Part shown: one piece after another, positions 17,885 to 28,600 of the stretch
How the letters are laid out: the number at the start of each line of letters is the position of its first letter
Numbering within the stretch: position 1 is the stretch's first letter
Origin: Myxococcota bacterium
GTDB taxonomy: Bacteria > Myxococcota_A > UBA9160 > UBA4427
NCBI GenBank assembly: GCA_965250285.1
Contig: OZ252299.1
Location: forward strand, 6,144,001-6,208,000
DNA: 64,000 nt
Direction of reading: 5' to 3'
Program-made: the position numbers and the translations under genes
The notes under the pieces: model-generated
Told to the model about the DNA's origin: nothing
The model's input: only the letters and a program-made list of their open reading frames with translations
Databases searched by the model: none

Positions 17885-19627
17885 ATGGCGAAGTCGCTCT
17901 GCAGCACGCTCCTCGATCTGCTTCACGAAGCCGGTGCGCGTCGCATCTGGGGCATGACGGGCGATGTCCTCAACCCGCTCCTCGAGGCGATCCGCACCGA
18001 CGACCGCTTCGAGTGGATCGGGGTGCGCCATGAAGAGCACGCCGCATACGCGGCGGCGGCCGAGTCGGAGCTGACGGGCGGCATCGGCGTCTGTGCGGGC
18101 ACCGCGGGCCCCGGTGCGCTGCACCTGATCAACGGTCTGTACAACGCGCAGAAGGAGGGCGCCGGGGTCGTCGCGATCACCGGCCAGCTCGCACGGGCCC
18201 AGCGTGGCGCCGACTTCCACAAAGAGATGGATCTCACGCGCATCTTCGAGGACGTCTGCGCTTATCAGGCGATCATCGAGACGCCCGAGCAAGTGCCGCG
18301 GATGGCCGAGATCGCGATCCAGAAGGCGCTCGTCGAGCGTGCCGTCACGCGCATCGAGCTGCCGGCCGACGTGATCGGCGCGGCCCACGTCGGCGAGCGG
18401 TTCCGTCACCCGCTCGTGCATGCGCTGCCCCGCCCGTGCCCACCTCGCGATCAGCTCGAGCGCGCTGCGGAGGTGCTCGCGAAGGCGTCGCGGGTCACGC
18501 TCTTCGCAGGCGTCGGCTGTCGCGGCGCCGTCGATCAGGTGGTCGAGCTCGCCGATCGGCTGGCGGCGCCGATCGCGCATACGCTGCGTGCGAAGGAGCT
18601 CTTCGACGGCGTCTCGTCGCACGTCGTCGGGCTCACCGGCCTGCTGGGCAACCCGGCGGGCTATCACGCCGTACGTGACTGCGACGCACTCTTCATGATC
18701 GGCACGGATTTTCCCTACGACGAGTTCCTGCCCGATGGTCGGCCGATCATCCAGCTCGACCGCATCGTCGACCACATCGGGCGTCGCGCGCCGGTCACGG
18801 TCGGCCTCGTCGGCGACGTCGGCACGACGCTCGCCGAGCTGAACCCGATGTGCTCGGGCGATTCGAGCGCGTTCCGGGACAAGCTCACGAGCGTGTTCGG
18901 TCGCTGGCAGGGCCGGATGGACGAGCAGGCGCGCCTCGACAAAGCGACCGATCCGCTTCCGCCTCAGGTCGTCGCGCGCGCGATCAGCGAGCACGCGCCC
19001 GACGACGCGATCTTCGCGCTCGACGTCGGTGACTGCACCATCTGGCTGGCGCGGCAGATGAGCCTCGCCGGTGAACGCCGAGTCGTGAGCGGCTTCAACC
19101 ATGGCTCCCTCGGTTCGGGGCTGCCGCTCGCGCTCGGGGCCGCGGCGAGCCACCCCGAGAAAGAGGTGTGGGCGCTCTGCGGTGACGGCGGTTTCGGCAT
19201 GTCGATGAACGACTTCGTGACCGCGGCCCGATTCGGTTGGCCCATCAAGGTCATCGTGCTCAACAACAGCGAGCTCAGCTTCGTCAAGATGGAGATGGAG
19301 GTCGCTGGGCTGCCGACCTACCCCGCTGCGACCGGCCTCGTGAACCCCGACTTTGCGGCCTTTGCGAAGGCGTGCGGCGGCCAGGGTGTGCGCGTCGAAC
19401 GGCCCGATGAGATCGCGCCCGCGCTCGAAGCGGCATCGGCCGCCGACGGGCCGTTCTTGATCGACGCCATCGTATCGGCGGGCGAGCTCTCGATGCCCCC
19501 GCACGTCGGCGTCGACCAGGCCTGGGGCTTCGGTGTCTCGAAAGTCAAGGAGGCGCTGCTCGGTCTGCGCGGCGATCACGAGGTGTGGTCGGAGTGGCGC
19601 GAGGAGATCCAGTCCCTGCTTCGGTAG
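17885..19627 (+). CDS. poxB: Thiamine-diphosphate pyruvate oxidase/dehydrogenase (PoxB family)
   Basis: VRHEEHAA, GTAGPGALHLINGLY, GDGGFGMSMND ThDP motif, NNSELSFV, NPDFA. Confidence 0.8.
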   Translation: MAKSLCSTLLDLLHEAGARRIWGMTGDVLNPLLEAIRTDDRFEWIGVRHEEHAAYAAAAESELTGGIGVCAGTAGPGALHLINGLYNAQKEGAGVVAITGQLARAQRGADFHKEMDLTRIFEDVCAYQAIIETPEQVPRMAEIAIQKALVERAVTRIELPADVIGAAHVGERFRHPLVHALPRPCPPRDQLERAAEVLAKASRVTLFAGVGCRGAVDQVVELADRLAAPIAHTLRAKELFDGVSSHVVGLTGLLGNPAGYHAVRDCDALFMIGTDFPYDEFLPDGRPIIQLDRIVDHIGRRAPVTVGLVGDVGTTLAELNPMCSGDSSAFRDKLTSVFGRWQGRMDEQARLDKATDPLPPQVVARAISEHAPDDAIFALDVGDCTIWLARQMSLAGERRVVSGFNHGSLGSGLPLALGAAASHPEKEVWALCGDGGFGMSMNDFVTAARFGWPIKVIVLNNSELSFVKMEMEVAGLPTYPAATGLVNPDFAAFAKACGGQGVRVERPDEIAPALEAASAADGPFLIDAIVSAGELSMPPHVGVDQAWGFGVSKVKEALLGLRGDHEVWSEWREEIQSLLR

Positions 19628-19707
19628 CGTCGCGCGAGGAGATCCAGTCCCTGCTTCGGTAGCGTCGCGCGAGGAGATCCAGTCCCTGCTTCGGTAACGT
19701 CGCGCGA
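19597..19707 (+). repeat. 35-bp tandem triplication across poxB stop and next start
   Basis: gcgcgaggagatccagtccctgcttcggta(g/a)cgtc at 19597, 19632, 19667, then gcgcgA(TG) at 19702. Confidence 0.95.
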
Positions 19708-20600
19708 TGAGTTCAGGGCCTGATCGAGACGGGCGCGCGCCCTCCCGACGAGGTCGCTTCGAGCCTCACTTCGTCGAGCACATCGCATCGGCCCGGCTCC
19801 TCCATCACACGCGCCGTCATCGCAAGGGGCTCGGCCCGTTCGCCCTCGACGAAGCCACCGACCGAATCACGCTGCCGCCGACCCCGGTGGCCGCGTTTCG
19901 GCACCTCGGCTCTCCTCGGCGCATCGGTTGGTGGATCGCGCTGCTGTTCGCGATCGGGGCTTCGCACTTCATGGTTGCGTCCGCGCTGGCGCTTGCTCAG
20001 GGCGCGGGCTTTACGGTCGCCGGCGCACGCACACAGGCGTGGATCTACTTCGTCGGATCGATCTTCTTCACCAGCGCTGCCTGGTTGCAGTGGCTCGAGT
20101 CGCTCAACTATTCGCTCGGAGCGCGCACCGGTCGGTTCCGGTTCTTCGGCGTGCGCCCCCGCGATCTTGGCTGGCTCGCGGCCACGACCCAGCTCGTTGG
20201 CACGCTCCTCTTCAATCAGAACACCGGGGCCGGACTCTTCGACCTCGAGACCTGGCAACGCATCGATCTCTTCGTGTGGACGCCCGACATGGTCGGGTCG
20301 GTCTGCTTTCTGGTGGCGAGTCTGCTCGCGACGGCCGAGTGCCTGCGCGGCGGGCGCCTCGTGCAGCCGTGGAGCGTGTCGTGGTGGATCGTGGTGGCGA
20401 ACCTGCTCGGTTCGGTGGCCTTTCAGGTTTCGGCGATCGAGGCCTTCGTACCACCGCAGGGGGCCGACCCGCGCCTCATGGGCTGGAGCACGGCCATGAC
20501 GCTCGTGGGCGCCGCGTGTTTCTGGGTGGGCGCCGTTCTGCTGATCCCCGAGCTCAACGAGGAGATCGCCGAGGCGACCGAGCCCGCCGAGTCGTCTTGA
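19707..20600 (+). CDS. Multi-pass membrane protein (YrhK-like repeats)
   Basis: About 6 hydrophobic helices with repeated WWIA..F..G / FVGSIFFT / GSVCFLVAS / GAACFWVGA pattern. Start uncertain. Confidence 0.6.
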   Translation: MSSGPDRDGRAPSRRGRFEPHFVEHIASARLLHHTRRHRKGLGPFALDEATDRITLPPTPVAAFRHLGSPRRIGWWIALLFAIGASHFMVASALALAQGAGFTVAGARTQAWIYFVGSIFFTSAAWLQWLESLNYSLGARTGRFRFFGVRPRDLGWLAATTQLVGTLLFNQNTGAGLFDLETWQRIDLFVWTPDMVGSVCFLVASLLATAECLRGGRLVQPWSVSWWIVVANLLGSVAFQVSAIEAFVPPQGADPRLMGWSTAMTLVGAACFWVGAVLLIPELNEEIAEATEPAESS

Positions 20601-20631
20601 AACGGGGGCATCTGGATCGCCGCTCTCGCGG

Positions 20632-21960
20632 TCAGGTCGGCGGTGCCGTCGCGTCTTCGCTGCGGAGCGTTCGCCCGAGCAGGGTCTCGTAGATCGGATG
20701 CCCGCCGAGCACTTCCGCCGTGTGGGTCGCGGCGAGGCACGTGACGAGGAGCACGAGCACCAGGTCGAGCTCGCCCGTCATCTCGATGGTCAGCACGATG
20801 CCGGTGATCGGCGCTCGGACGACGGCCGAGAACAGGGCGGCCATCCCCGCGACGGCGAACACGCCCCCGGGCGGCATCGAAGGGCCGAACGAGTCGATCG
20901 CGAAGCCGCCGAAGAGCACGCCGGCGATCGTTCCGAGCGCGAGCATGGGTGCGAAGATGCCGCCCGCGACGCCCGTCCCATAGGAACCGATCGTCATGAC
21001 CATGCGGACGACGAAGAGCAAGAGCAGTGCGGCCGCGTCGAGGTCGAGATCGAGCACTTCGTGGATGGTGCGGTAGCCGCCCCCCGCGTAGCCCGGGTTG
21101 TGCGTCGCGAGCATCGCGATGGCGGCCCCGGCGATCGCGGCCGAAGCGAGTCGCTTTCGTGCGGTCCACTTCGACGATACGTCGACGACCAGCAGGATGC
21201 CCTTCGAGAAGACGATGGCGACCACGCCGAGGATCACGCCGAAGGCCAGAAACGCGGGCAGGCTGATGAGATCGGGCGGCACGGTCGCGCCCGGGTCGAG
21301 CACCGGCGCCTGCCCCGAGATCGCGCGCACGACGACGTCGGCGCTGACCGACGCGATCAATACGCCCTGGAACGGCACGAAGCCGAAGCGGAAGTGCGGC
21401 CGCATCTCTTCGAGGACGAAGAGGGCGCCGGCCAGCGGCGCGTTGAACGCCGCCGACAGACCCGCAGCAGCGCCGGCTGCCACGAGCACGTGGCGCGCTT
21501 CGGCGTCGAGCCGAAAGATCCGGCCGAAGGCCTCGCCGGCGTTGCCGCCCATCTGCACCGAGGGGCCCTCGCGCCCGAGCGCCATGCCGCCGCCGAGCGC
21601 GAGGGCCGCGCTCGTGAACTTGACCGGCAGGACCCGCGTCCAGCGCAGCGGGCGCACGCCCGAGAGCGCGCCTTCGATCTCCTGCACGCCGCTGCCCGCC
21701 GCCTCGCGGCAGAAGCGCGCAACGAGCCAGTGGGCCGCACCGGCGAGTGCGGCGCCGATCACGGCGGCGAGGCCGAAGCGCAGCAGCGGCGAATCGCTCG
21801 AGGTCGACGTCCACGAGATGCCGCCCGACTGAATCCAGTCGATGACGATCTCGAGCGCGGCGGTGAGCGCCCCCACGGCCAGGCCGACGAAGACCGCCGA
21901 GATCGCGATGCCCAGCGCGCGGAGCGGGGGGCGATTCGGGGCTGAAATCGAATCCGGCAT
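20632..21960 (-). CDS. clcA: H+/Cl- exchange transporter ClcA
   Basis: GSGVQE, GREGP (gating Glu), LEEMRP (proton Glu), GIFAP, PIY motifs. Confidence 0.9.
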   Translation of the reverse strand: MPDSISAPNRPPLRALGIAISAVFVGLAVGALTAALEIVIDWIQSGGISWTSTSSDSPLLRFGLAAVIGAALAGAAHWLVARFCREAAGSGVQEIEGALSGVRPLRWTRVLPVKFTSAALALGGGMALGREGPSVQMGGNAGEAFGRIFRLDAEARHVLVAAGAAAGLSAAFNAPLAGALFVLEEMRPHFRFGFVPFQGVLIASVSADVVVRAISGQAPVLDPGATVPPDLISLPAFLAFGVILGVVAIVFSKGILLVVDVSSKWTARKRLASAAIAGAAIAMLATHNPGYAGGGYRTIHEVLDLDLDAAALLLLFVVRMVMTIGSYGTGVAGGIFAPMLALGTIAGVLFGGFAIDSFGPSMPPGGVFAVAGMAALFSAVVRAPITGIVLTIEMTGELDLVLVLLVTCLAATHTAEVLGGHPIYETLLGRTLRSEDATAPPT

Positions 21961-22136
21961 CAAGGCTCGCCAATCATGTGGGGTCCGAGTCGATCCGTCA
22001 TCGCGGCCCTCACTATAGAGCGCCCGGGCGCCGGTCGGCTTCTCCGGGCTGCGCGGCGATGGCCGGCCCTTGCCGGCGTCTGGATCGCGGGCGATCGTCC
22101 AGCCACGAATCCCCGAGAGGCCCGTGGAGCACCCCG

Positions 22137-23522
22137 ATGCGGAAGTACGTCGAAGCCGAAGCCGACGCGCAGGACGAATCCTCGGCGCAGCTCTCGCCCC
22201 GGCGCGACGCCCGCTACGGCGGACCGCTGCCGAAGTACGAGCTGCCCCAGAGCGGCCTCGCGGCCGACGACGTGTATCAGTTGATCCGCGGTGAGCTCGA
22301 GCTCGACGGCAGCGCGCGGCTCAACCTCGCGACGTTCGTCACGACCTGGATGGAGCCCCAGGCCGAGAAGCTGATGGACGAGTGCTTCGCGAAGAACATG
22401 ATCGACAAGGATGAGTATCCGCAGACCGCCGAGGTCGAGAGTCGCTGCGTCAACATCATCGCTCGCCTGTTCAATGCGCCGAGTACGAGCGTCGGTGCGT
22501 CGACGGTCGGCTCGTCGGAGGCCGTGATGCTCGCGGGCATGGCGCTCAAGTGGCGCTGGCGACAGCGGCGCGAGCAGGCGGGGAAGCCGGCCGACCGCCC
22601 GAACCTCGTGATGGGCTCCAACGTCCAGGTCGTCTGGGAGAAGTTCTGTCGCTACTGGGAGGTGGAGCCCCGCTATCTGCCGATGGAGCCGGGCCGCTAC
22701 GTGATCCAGCCCGAGCAGGTGAGCGACGCGTGCGACGAGAACACCATCGGCGTCGTCGCGATCCTCGGCACCACCTACACGGGCGAGTACGAGCCGGTCG
22801 CCGATGTGCACGCCGCGCTCGATGCCCTCGACCGCGACCGCAGGCTCGATATCCCGATGCACATCGACGCTGCGAGCGGCGGCTTCGTCGCCCCGTTCAC
22901 GCGCCCTGAGCTCGAGTGGGATTTCAGGCTGCCCCGGGTGAAGTCGATCAACGTCTCCGGCCACAAGTACGGACTGGTCTACCCCGGCATCGGTTGGGCG
23001 ATCTGGCGTGCGCATGAAGATCTGCCCGAAGAGCTCGTCTTTCGGGTCGACTATCTCGGTGGCGACATGCCGACGTTCACGCTCAATTTCTCGCGCGGTG
23101 GCAATCAGATCGTCGGCCAGTACTACAACTTCCTGCGCCTCGGCTTCGAGGGCTATCAGCGCATCATGTCCGGGCTGCACGACATCGCTACCTGGCTCTC
23201 GGCTTCGATCGAAGGGCTCGGGCCCTTCACGCTCTTCTCGCGCGGCGACGACATCCCGGTCTTCGCGTTCGGCCTCGCCGACTCGTCGCGCTTCAGCGTG
23301 TACGACGTATCGGATCGGCTTCGCCGACACGGCTGGCAGGTACCGGCCTACGCGATGCCCGAAGGGGCCGAGCAGGAGCATGCGCTGCGTATCGTGGTGC
23401 GCGATGGCTTCAGCTTCGACATGGGGCGTGCGCTCATCGACGACCTGAAGGAGGTCCTCGAAGACCTCGAACGGAACCCGCCTGCCGCCCCCCGAGTCGG
23501 CCGGCGCGCTTTTGCGCACTGA
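22137..23522 (+). CDS. gadB: Glutamate decarboxylase (PLP-dependent)
   Basis: ELELDGSARLNLATFVTTWME, NMIDKDEYPQT, STVGSSEA, HIDAASGGF, SGHKYG (PLP Lys), GWQVPAY. Confidence 0.95.
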   Translation: MRKYVEAEADAQDESSAQLSPRRDARYGGPLPKYELPQSGLAADDVYQLIRGELELDGSARLNLATFVTTWMEPQAEKLMDECFAKNMIDKDEYPQTAEVESRCVNIIARLFNAPSTSVGASTVGSSEAVMLAGMALKWRWRQRREQAGKPADRPNLVMGSNVQVVWEKFCRYWEVEPRYLPMEPGRYVIQPEQVSDACDENTIGVVAILGTTYTGEYEPVADVHAALDALDRDRRLDIPMHIDAASGGFVAPFTRPELEWDFRLPRVKSINVSGHKYGLVYPGIGWAIWRAHEDLPEELVFRVDYLGGDMPTFTLNFSRGGNQIVGQYYNFLRLGFEGYQRIMSGLHDIATWLSASIEGLGPFTLFSRGDDIPVFAFGLADSSRFSVYDVSDRLRRHGWQVPAYAMPEGAEQEHALRIVVRDGFSFDMGRALIDDLKEVLEDLERNPPAAPRVGRRAFAH

Positions 23523-23614
23523 CGTTCGTCGCAGCGCAGGCCATGCGGTCGGCGCGGATGGTGTCTCGCTGCTGCCCGCAACGTGCGGGTGGCGACTTCG
23601 GAGGGGAGGGATCC

Positions 23615-24364
23615 ATGGTGCCCGATACGCAACGAAGGCAGCGACTCGGTCGATCGATGGGGCGAGGTGGCGTGGCGATCGCGCTCGCCCTGGCCTGTGC
23701 TCTCCTGTTCGGTTGCGCGACGACCCGCAAGGGGCGAAAGCCCGAATCGGCGGGCTTTCTCACCGACTACGATCGACTGGAGCCCGGTACCTCGAGCCAG
23801 GCCGAGCTCATCTGGACCCACCCCGACGTCGATTGGTCGCAGTACGACGCGATCCTCCTCGACCCGGTCACGGTCTGGGCCAGCGTCGAGGAGCAGAATC
23901 GGCACCTGAGCCCCGAAGACGCGCAGCTGCTCGCCAATGCGTTCTACGAGATGGTGAGTGATCGAGTCGCGCAGGAGTGGAAGCTGGCGACGGGGCCGGG
24001 GCCCGGGGTTCTGCGCGTGCAGGTCGCGATCGTGCGACTCGACTCGCGCAAGCTCGTGCTCGACGTCGTGTCGTCGGTGGTGCCGCAGGCCCGCGCACTC
24101 AACACGCTTCAATCGATGCTCACCGATCGCGTTGCGTTCACCGGGCAGGCCGCCATCGAAGCGCGCATCAGTGACGCGGCGACCGGCGAGGTGTTGCTCG
24201 AGGGGGCCGACCGACGGATGGGCAAGCTGATCCTCACGCCCGAGCAGGTCAAGACGTGGGGAGACGTCCACGACATCTTCTCGTACTGGACGGATCGCTC
24301 GATCCACAACCTGTGTACGGTGCAGGAGCGTCCCGACTGCCCGGCGGCGCCGAAGTCGCTCTGA
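23615..24364 (+). CDS. DUF3313-like lipoprotein
   Basis: Lipobox LFGC; AGFLTDYDRL, YDAILLDPV, GPGVLRVQVAI, IEARISDAATGEVL. Confidence 0.75.
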   Translation: MVPDTQRRQRLGRSMGRGGVAIALALACALLFGCATTRKGRKPESAGFLTDYDRLEPGTSSQAELIWTHPDVDWSQYDAILLDPVTVWASVEEQNRHLSPEDAQLLANAFYEMVSDRVAQEWKLATGPGPGVLRVQVAIVRLDSRKLVLDVVSSVVPQARALNTLQSMLTDRVAFTGQAAIEARISDAATGEVLLEGADRRMGKLILTPEQVKTWGDVHDIFSYWTDRSIHNLCTVQERPDCPAAPKSL

Positions 24365-24469
24365 ATCGACGGCGACGGGGTGGCTCGAGTGACGGGCGAG
24401 CGGCACAGTGGGGTCGCGAAGTCGATGCGGCTGCCCGCCGCGAACCGCGCAGAGAGCGAGGAGCCTCAA

Positions 24470-25615
24470 GTGCGAAACATCTTTTGGACCGCGTTGCTCT
24501 TGACGCTCACATCGATCGGCGTGGGCTGCGACCGCGACGCGGGCCTGCCGCCGGAGCCGCCGACCCCGGTCACGGTGCACGATGTCACGGATGACGACGC
24601 GGCCGGCTCTCAGAAGTACACCGCCAACATCCAGCCCGAAGTGCTGGTGCACATCGACGCCCAGGTGAGTGGCAACATCACGAAGCTCGCGATGCGACCC
24701 GGCGCCGACGGTGTCTCGAGGCCGCTGCAGGGCGGCGACAAGGTCGACGGCGGCACGTTCCTCGCTCAGGTCGACGAGTCGAGCTACAAGGCGTCGCTCG
24801 AGCGGGCGCAGGATCAGCTCGACGGGGTGGTCGCGCGATTCACGGACGCGAAGGAAGAATTCGGCCGCACGCAGGAGCTCTTCGATGCGGGGGTCGACTC
24901 GCAGGCCCAGCTCGATCGCATGCGCGCCGCCTACGAGTCGAGCCGCTCAGAGGTGGCCAAGGCGCGCCACGGGGTGGATTCGGCGCAAGTCGACTACGAC
25001 CGCTGCACGATCGCGTCGCCTTCGGCCGGTACGGTGATCGAACGCGAGGTCGAAGTGGGCGATCTGGTGAACCCGGGCGACGAGGTCTTTCAGGTCGCCG
25101 ACCTCTCGCGCATGAAGGTCGTCTTCGGTGTGTCGGCCCTCACGGCGCAGCGCGTCTCGATCGGGGACGTGATCACGATGCTCGTCGACTCACTCGACGG
25201 GCTCGAGATCGCGGGCACGGTGACGCGGGTCGCACCGGCGGCCGACGCCACCAGTCGTCTGTATGACATCGAGGCGACGGTGCCGAACACCGACGGAAAG
25301 CTGCGCATCGGCATGATCGCCAGCCTGCGGCTCCCGCCCGAGCGGCTCGCGGGGCCCGAGGCCGACAAGCCGTTCGTTCCGCTCGACGCGATCATTCGGC
25401 CTCCCGGTGCTTCGAAGGGCGTTGGCCTGTACGTCGTCGAGAAGGCGAGTGGCGCAGGCAGCGACGCAGGCGTGGCGCGTCTGCGCGACGTGAAGACCGG
25501 TGAGGTGTTCGGTAGCCAGGTCCGGGTGCTCTCGGGTCTCTCGACCGGGGATCGGGTCATCGTACGGGGCGCGACGATCGTGCAGGACGGAGACGCCGTG
25601 CGGGTGATTCAGTGA
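24470..25615 (+). CDS. RND efflux periplasmic adaptor (MFP)
   Basis: GAGGAG RBS before GTG 24470; signal ending GVGC; GDKVDGG, alpha hairpin, IASPSAGTVIER, GDLVNPG, LRIGMIA, GLSTGDRVIVRG. Confidence 0.88.
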   Translation: MRNIFWTALLLTLTSIGVGCDRDAGLPPEPPTPVTVHDVTDDDAAGSQKYTANIQPEVLVHIDAQVSGNITKLAMRPGADGVSRPLQGGDKVDGGTFLAQVDESSYKASLERAQDQLDGVVARFTDAKEEFGRTQELFDAGVDSQAQLDRMRAAYESSRSEVAKARHGVDSAQVDYDRCTIASPSAGTVIEREVEVGDLVNPGDEVFQVADLSRMKVVFGVSALTAQRVSIGDVITMLVDSLDGLEIAGTVTRVAPAADATSRLYDIEATVPNTDGKLRIGMIASLRLPPERLAGPEADKPFVPLDAIIRPPGASKGVGLYVVEKASGAGSDAGVARLRDVKTGEVFGSQVRVLSGLSTGDRVIVRGATIVQDGDAVRVIQ

Positions 25616-28600
25616 GCGGCGACGCGCCCGCATCGCCCGGCCCTGACACGGGGCCGCCGAACGACGGCTGGCCCCCCGAACGGATCGCGGCCACGCACAA
25701 CGTCGCGCGCTTCTTCGTCGAGAACCGCGCGGTGTCGTGGGTGTTGATGATCGCGGTGATCGGCTTCGGCCTCTTCGGCTACGACTCGATGCCGAAGCAG
25801 AAGGATCCCGAGATCCCCGTGCGCGTGGCCGTCGCGAAGACGCCCTGGCCGGGGGTCGAAGCCGAGCGGATCGAGCTGCTCGTCACGCGTCCCATCGAAG
25901 AGAAGATGGCCGAGAACTCGGACATCTATCCCTCGACTCCCACGGACTTCGGCATTCAATCCCTGACGCTGCCCGGTCTGTCGATCGTCCAGGTGCAGCT
26001 GGACGACCGCCTCTCGGGTGAAGAGCTCGCCGTTCAGCTGAACGACATCGACCTGAGGCTCAAGCAGCTGAACGCGTCGCTGCCCGAAGGCGCAGGGCCG
26101 ATCCAGTGGGACAGCGGCTTTGGCGAGACGGCAGCGCTGATGCTGACGATCGCGAGCCCTCCGGAGCGACCGGTGGCCATCGACCTGCGCGCCCGGTCGG
26201 TGGCCGACGCGATTCGGGGCCTGCGCGCGCGGGCGTCCTCCCCCGACGAGCGGATGTCCGTCGTGGTCATGCTGCCCCGCATGGGGGACGGCCGGGCGCT
26301 CGAGCCCGCCGCGCGCCTGGCCGGACGTCGTCTGGTCTCGCTCGGCCTCGCGCGGGATCCACGGTCGCTCGTCGGGCCGGGCTTCGCCGTCCTCGACTTC
26401 GCGACGAGCCGTCCGAAGGACGAGATGCTCACCGCGGTGCAGGACATCGCGAGTCGCGACCTGCACCTGACCCGCGCGCACCCCGACGCGTGGGATCCCG
26501 TCGTCGTGCGCGACCCCGATGAGCTGGCCGCCGCGCTGGCGAAGTCGCCGGGTGCGCGGTTCACCTATCAGGAGCTCGACGACGCTTCCGACCTCGTGTC
26601 GCGACAGTTGCAGGCCGTTCCCCAGGTTTCGAAGGTGCTGCGCTATGGCGTGATCCCGCGGCGGGTCGAGATCGACTACTCGCAGGACCAGCTCGTGTCC
26701 CGGGACATCTCGCTGCGCGGGATCGCAACGATTCTCGGGCAGCGCAACGAAGTGCTCGGTGGCGGTCGCATGGATGCGTCGGGCAGCGAGATCGTCGTCG
26801 CGCCGAGCGGCGACTTTCGCGCGCTCGACGAGATCGGTCAGGTGCAGATCGGCCAGAGTCGCACCGGCTCGCCGCTGACACTCTCGGAGGTCGGCGACCT
26901 CAAGCTCAGTTACCTGAGCCCGCCGACCGTGATCAATACCCTCACGCACCGCGATGGCGGCGGGACATGGCGCCGCAACCCGGCGGTCACGCTGGCGGTG
27001 CAGATGCGCACGGGCCAGCAGATCTCGAAGTTCAGCGAGCAGGTCAACGTCGAGCTCGCCGACCTCGAGTCGCGGTTGCCCGAAGAGCTGATCTTCGCGC
27101 GCACATCCGATCAGCCGCGCCAGGTCGAGGAGAACATCGACCTCTTCATGGGCGCGCTCTACGAGGCGATCCTGCTCGTCGTGATCGTCGCGCTGATCGG
27201 CTTCCGCGACTGGCGCTCGTCGCTGCTGCTCACGATCTCGATCCCGCTGACGCTCGCAATGACGTTCGGCACGATCTCGCTGCTCGGCGTGCACCTGCAG
27301 CAGATCTCGATCGCGACGCTGATCATCGCGCTCGGCCTGCTCGTCGACGACCCGGTGGTGGCGAGCGACGCAATCAAGCTCGAGCTCGGTCAGGGCAAAC
27401 CCGCCGACATCGCCGCGTGGCTCGGCCCGACAAAGCTCGCGCGGGCGATCCTCTTCGCGACGATCACGAACGTCGCCGCCTACCTGCCCTTCCTGATGCT
27501 CACGGGCACGAGCGGCGAGTTTCTGTGGAGCCTGCCGGTCGTGATGGCGACCGCGCTCATCAGCTCGCGCATCGTCTCGATGACGTTCCTGCCCTTTCTG
27601 GCTTACCACCTGCTTCGCAAGCCGACGAAGCCCGAGCCGACGATGGAGGAGCGGCGCACCCAGGGCTGGTCTGGGCGCTACTACGCGTTCGTGCGCACGT
27701 GCCTGACGCATCGATGGCTCGTGCTCGGCATCGCCGTGACCTTGATGGTCGCCGGGCTCTCGACCGGCCGGAACCTCGTCACGTCGTTCTTTCCGACCGA
27801 CGTGCAGTACCTCTTCACGATCGACGTCTGGGCACCCGTCGCCTACGGCGTGCCGCGCACCGACGGCGTCGCCCACAACGTCGGCGAGATCGTGAAGGAC
27901 GTGATCGCCGAAGAGCGCCAGGCGGGTCGCATCCAGGGCGATCTCGTCGGGATCACGACGTTCTCCGGTGCCGGCGGTCCGCGCTTCTGGCAAACCGTGA
28001 CCCCCGAGCTCAATCAGACGAACTATGCCCAGCTGATCGTCGAGGTCGAGAACAAGGAAGACACGCCGCTGATCGTGCCGCTCATTCAGGACCAGATCGA
28101 CGTGCGGATCCCCGGCGCGTGGATCGACGTGCGGCAGCTGCAGCTCAACCCCGTGCAGCAGCCCGTCGCGCTCTTGCTCTCGTCGCGCGACGACCCGGGC
28201 GACTGGCACTCCGAGGAGGACTTCGACACCTTGCGTCGGCTCTCCGATGAGCTGATCGACGTGCTGCGCGCGGCGCCGAGCGTGGTGCGCGTGCGCAGCG
28301 ACTGGCTCGAAGAGCGCTACCAGGTCAATGTCGAGGTCGACCCTGATCAGGCCAACCTGTCGGGTATCAGCAACGTCGACGTCGCGCAGTCGATTCAAGC
28401 GGCCTACGAGGGCCTGCCCGTGTCATCGCTGCACCTGGGCCACCAGGACATTCCGGTGCTGCTGCGCATGAAGGCCTGGGAGCGTCCGGGCGCCCACGAA
28501 CTCGGCACGCTCTACGTCTATCCGTCGGCCGGCGGAGACGCGGTCCCCCTCGACGCGTTCTCGGCCATCGTGCCGACGCTCGCCACCGAACGCGTGCATC

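Noticed and set aside
19597..19707. 35-bp repeats as CRISPR array
   Set aside because: Units are directly adjacent with no spacers and derive from the poxB coding end.
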